This document shows positions 61,175 through 64,000 of a stretch of 64,000 nt of DNA, piece by piece. Within the stretch, counting starts at the first letter, position 1, and every line of letters starts with the position of its first letter. The DNA comes from Patescibacteria group bacterium. Its GTDB lineage: Bacteria; Patescibacteriota; Minisyncoccia; Phycocordibacterales; PALSA-1337. The stretch spans positions 65,260 to 129,259 of the forward strand of contig JANLHG010000005.1 in assembly GCA_024654575.1 (NCBI GenBank), given 5' to 3'. The notes beneath the pieces were generated by a model that was not told the DNA's origin, did no database searches, and saw nothing but the letters and a program-made list of their open reading frames with translations. A program made the position numbers and the translations under genes.

Positions 61175-61822
61175 ATGCTTATCATCATGAACTTAAAAAA
61201 TTTCTTTGCAAAATTGCTAGATATAGTTTTTCCTCACTCACAATCTCTTATAAATCTAGAGAATATGAGTGAGGAAGAATTGCATAAATCAGTATCTAAA
61301 CCTAGAACTATTAGTCAAGAATTAAATATAATAGCTATTTTTGACTACCAAAACAAAATTATGAAAAATATGATTTGGCAATTAAAATATCGTCAAAATA
61401 TAAAAATCGCAAAACTTTTAGCTCATTGTTTATATCAAACACTTTTAATTGAAATAAAAGAGAAGTCAATTATTATACCTATGCCGTTGTCAAAAGAAAG
61501 ATTGCGAGAAAGACAATATAATCAAATGGAACTTCTCATAAATGAACTAGAAAAAATTGATATAAACAAAATATTTGAATACTCAAATTCAATTTTATAT
61601 AAAATAAAAAACACTCCTCATCAAACCTCTGTCAAAAGTCGAGAAGAAAGAATGAAAAATTTACGTGATTGTTTTAGTATAAAAGATAGTGAAAAAATAA
61701 AAGATAGAAATATAATTTTAATAGATGATGTAACTACTACCGGCACTACTTTATCACAAGCTCGTCGCGTTTTCCTACACTCCAGTGCTAAAAAAGTTTT
61801 TTGTGTAGCTCTAGCACATTAG
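61175..61822 (+). CDS. comFC: ComF family protein (ComFC-type phosphoribosyltransferase domain)
   Basis: C-terminal PRTase motif NIILIDDVTTTGTTL; competence context adjacent to pilus genes. Confidence 0.7.
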   Translation: MLIIMNLKNFFAKLLDIVFPHSQSLINLENMSEEELHKSVSKPRTISQELNIIAIFDYQNKIMKNMIWQLKYRQNIKIAKLLAHCLYQTLLIEIKEKSIIIPMPLSKERLRERQYNQMELLINELEKIDINKIFEYSNSILYKIKNTPHQTSVKSREERMKNLRDCFSIKDSEKIKDRNIILIDDVTTTGTTLSQARRVFLHSSAKKVFCVALAH

Positions 61823-61830
61823 TGGTAAAT

Positions 61831-62600
61831 GGGGACAGCCACCATTGTTTTACATTTTGTGTGTTGTAATAATATATCTTCACTCTTTTTTCTTCGGGCG
61901 TCCTGGAGATTTTAGTGTTGAATCAAGGTGATGTTTGGAAACCATCTTTTCTACCCATTGTTCTTTTCCATATGGTACATTCTTGTTTACTGAAATGCGA
62001 ACGGTATTTAAATCATTTAGTTTTTCCTGAGTATTAATCCATTTTATATAATTGTCTGGAAGTTGAAAAGATTTTTGATCAAGTAATTTTTTCTGTTGTG
62101 CTGTCCCATGTATACGTCTCCATGTGCTTCCCCATTGCCAATCTTCACAAGAGCGGACAAGCTTTGCACGCACTGCATTGCGTTCAACATATTTAATAAC
62201 CGCAAAAAGATAGCTGTCTTTATCGATAAGAAAAGATTTGTAACGACCTTGGTACAGGTGTCCACTACCGTTTGTGTTCGTGCGTGCATGTACTTTTCGA
62301 GTGTGCGCGTTACTTAATCTGTGCATAAATAAACCAAGGTCTCCATTGTTTCTTGGATAAAGCACTAAATGAAAGTGATTTGGCATTAACTCATATGCAA
62401 GTATACGCATATCAAAAATCTCTTTCGTCTCAAGTAAAAGTTGCTCAAAGAGTCTATAATCTTCGTCTTTATTAAAAATTTGGAGACGACCATTCGCACG
62501 ATTAATTACATGATATATTTCTCCTCCGACATCAACTCTTGCATTTCGTGGCATGGTTTTATTATACCATATTATTTAGGAAACAATGGTGGCTGTCCCC
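61831..62600. mobile_element. Compact mobile element: HuH Y1 transposase gene bounded by perfect 20-bp inverted repeats (IS200/IS605- or REP/RAYT-like)
   Basis: ggggacagccaccattgttt at 61831..61850 and its exact reverse complement at 62581..62600; element GC about 42% vs about 30% background; sits exactly in the comFC-pilin intergenic gap. Confidence 0.6.
61880..62554 (-). CDS. tnpA: IS200/IS605-family-like HuH tyrosine (Y1) transposase (Transposase_17/RAYT-like)
   Basis: HuH motif LMPNHFHLVL; conserved GHLYQGRYKS and YVERNAVRAKL helix with candidate catalytic Tyr; 224 aa. Confidence 0.65.
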   Translation of the reverse strand: MPRNARVDVGGEIYHVINRANGRLQIFNKDEDYRLFEQLLLETKEIFDMRILAYELMPNHFHLVLYPRNNGDLGLFMHRLSNAHTRKVHARTNTNGSGHLYQGRYKSFLIDKDSYLFAVIKYVERNAVRAKLVRSCEDWQWGSTWRRIHGTAQQKKLLDQKSFQLPDNYIKWINTQEKLNDLNTVRISVNKNVPYGKEQWVEKMVSKHHLDSTLKSPGRPKKKE

Positions 62601-62606
62601 TTTATC

Positions 62607-63143
62607 TTACCAACAAATACCACCAGGAGAGGAAACTTTTCTAGACCAAAAACCAGCACCATCTAGGACACATGGATTAGAACCACTATCTCTTGTAGGA
62701 TCAAAAAGAGTTGGTTGCGTAAGATAGCTAAAACCCACATCTACTATATTATGATCAAGAAGTGCATAATCAGTGCCGTTAGAGATATAAAGATAACAAC
62801 TAGTACTGTTTGTCTTGTCCATAGATGGATCAGTAGGAAAGCTAGATATATATGTCGGAACAAGACCAGGAATCACATTATCTGAAGCAAAACCACCCCA
62901 GCCATTACATTCACTTCGCCAGCCCCATCCAGGATTTGGATATGATGAATTATTAGAACTATAATACATTTCCAACGCAGTTTGAATTTGTCGAATATCA
63001 GAAAGTCGTTTTGCGTCTCTAGCTTTGGCACGGGCACTACTTAAACTAGCAAGAACCACACTTGAAAGTATACCTATAATAGCAATAACAACTAGAAGCT
63101 CAATTAATGTAAACCCCCGATTATTATTTTTATATAAATTCAT
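62607..63143 (-). CDS. Type IV pilin-like protein, paralog D (larger, Trp/Gly-rich C-domain)
   Basis: NRGFTLIELLVVIAIIGILSSVVLASL prepilin motif; 178 aa. Confidence 0.7.
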   Translation of the reverse strand: MNLYKNNNRGFTLIELLVVIAIIGILSSVVLASLSSARAKARDAKRLSDIRQIQTALEMYYSSNNSSYPNPGWGWRSECNGWGGFASDNVIPGLVPTYISSFPTDPSMDKTNSTSCYLYISNGTDYALLDHNIVDVGFSYLTQPTLFDPTRDSGSNPCVLDGAGFWSRKVSSPGGICW

Positions 63144-63147
63144 AATA

Positions 63148-63441
63148 TTATCTATTATTAGGAAGATTCTGAATCGTTGTATCTAGCACATTATCCATAG
63201 TATATTTCGGTGTAAAAGTAGTTTTTCTTCCCCAACCAAAAACCAAAAACAACGAAATAACAATTGCAATAACCGCAAACGCAATCAAAACATAATTCGC
63301 TTGATTTTCATTTTTAATAATTCCACCTGAATATTTAATAACCCATTGAACCATTTTCGGTACTGGTGTTTGAGTAGACAGAGGTCGTTTAAAATTCTCG
63401 CCTTCAAATACTATTTTTGGTGACTCATTATTTTGATCCAT
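63148..63441 (-). CDS. Small membrane protein (97 aa), unknown; co-directional with pilin paralog D
   Basis: Single TM (ANYVLIAFAVIAIVISLFLVFGW). Confidence 0.35.
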   Translation of the reverse strand: MDQNNESPKIVFEGENFKRPLSTQTPVPKMVQWVIKYSGGIIKNENQANYVLIAFAVIAIVISLFLVFGWGRKTTFTPKYTMDNVLDTTIQNLPNNR

Positions 63442-63476
63442 GCTACAATTTTACCACATAACCATATATTTATAAC

Positions 63477-64000
63477 AATGTTAAACTCATTCTTCAAAGA
63501 ATTTATAAGAAACTGGCGGGAAGTCGGGTCTATTGTTCCGAGTTCCAATTTTTTGATTAAAAAAATGCTCAAAACCATAGATTTTAAACGAGCAAAGATT
63601 ATTGTTGAATTCGGACCGGGTTCAGGTTGTATGACAAAAGAATTATTAAAAAAAATGAATTCAGACAGTAAACTTATTGTTTTTGAATCCAATAATAATT
63701 TTTGTCGCAGAATTAAAAATATAGACGACTCAAGAATAACAATTTTTAATGAATCCGCTCTTAATTTAAAAAAACACCTAAATAAACAACGTCCAAATTA
63801 CATAATTTCAGGAATTCCTCTAGCTAATCTTTCTGAAAGTGATAAAAAAAATCTTTTATTGTCATCTTATGATGCTTTAATACCAGAAGGGCGTTTTATT
63901 CAATTTCAATATTCCATAGAGTCCCTCAATAATTTAAAAAATACTTTTGATGATGTCTCCATTGATTTTACTATACTAAATATTCCCCCCGCCTTCGTCT
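63477..64000 (+). CDS. Class I SAM-dependent methyltransferase, N-terminal about 174 aa (runs off window end)
   Basis: Plus-strand ORF from ATG 63477 without stop: ..AKIIVEFGPGSGCMTKELLKKM..KLIVFESN..; motif I E/DxGxGxG. Not in ORF track because there is no stop within the window. Confidence 0.55.

Noticed and set aside
63411-63692. 93-aa minus-strand ORF
   Set aside because: Overlaps the 5' end of a plus-strand SAM-methyltransferase ORF (motif I VEFGPGSG) that runs off the window. The methyltransferase reading is preferred.

Overview
This window is AT-rich (about 30% GC), gene-dense bacterial DNA. It resembles a reduced CPR/Patescibacteria-type genome: short IF-2 and HolB, many genes lacking a Shine-Dalgarno sequence, and a type IV pilus/competence cluster. 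No rRNA genes or CRISPR arrays were seen.

Contents in order:
- Housekeeping genes: proS (partial), rseP, frr, holB, rmuC, parB, miaA, rpmG, murD, a class-IV aminotransferase, alr, clpB, cysteine desulfurase, infB, rbfA, gyrA, prfA, rpmE, rplY, efp, rpsF-ssb-rpsR, ligA.
- Eight tRNAs: Leu-CAA, Trp, Tyr, Cys, Leu-TAA, Lys, Leu-TAG.
- Two toxin-antitoxin pairs: HigBA-like and HicBA-like.
- A Pif1 helicase next to a Cas4/Dna2-like nuclease.
- A large type IV pilus cluster (48.2-63.1 kb): four minor pilin-like genes, pilD, four major-pilin paralogs, pilC, pilT, a receiver-domain gene, pilB, pilO, pilN, pilM and comFC. An IS200/IS605-like HuH transposase flanked by perfect 20-bp inverted repeats is inserted in this cluster.
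- An accessory island (21.4-30.7 kb) nested in the tRNA-Cys/Leu/Lys/Leu cluster. Its ORFs contain internal segments of 55-63% GC, which suggests mosaic genes from horizontal transfer or an assembly chimera. The island also carries an orphan receiver-domain gene, a proline-rich membrane protein, two tandem SPFH paralogs and five tandem paralogous small two-transmembrane proteins with VirB2/TrbC-like topology. Four of its genes have near-identical TTGAC(T/A)-17nt-TAtact promoters.

Other points of note:
- Many core genes carry a -10 box (often an extended TGn form) only 5-7 nt upstream of the start codon, with no Shine-Dalgarno sequence. This implies leaderless mRNAs.
- A candidate about 240-nt ncRNA with its own promoter and terminator lies between holB and frr.
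- An HtrA-like trypsin-fold protein has its catalytic His and Ser replaced.

All functional calls come from reading motifs in the six-frame translations by eye. No database searches were run.
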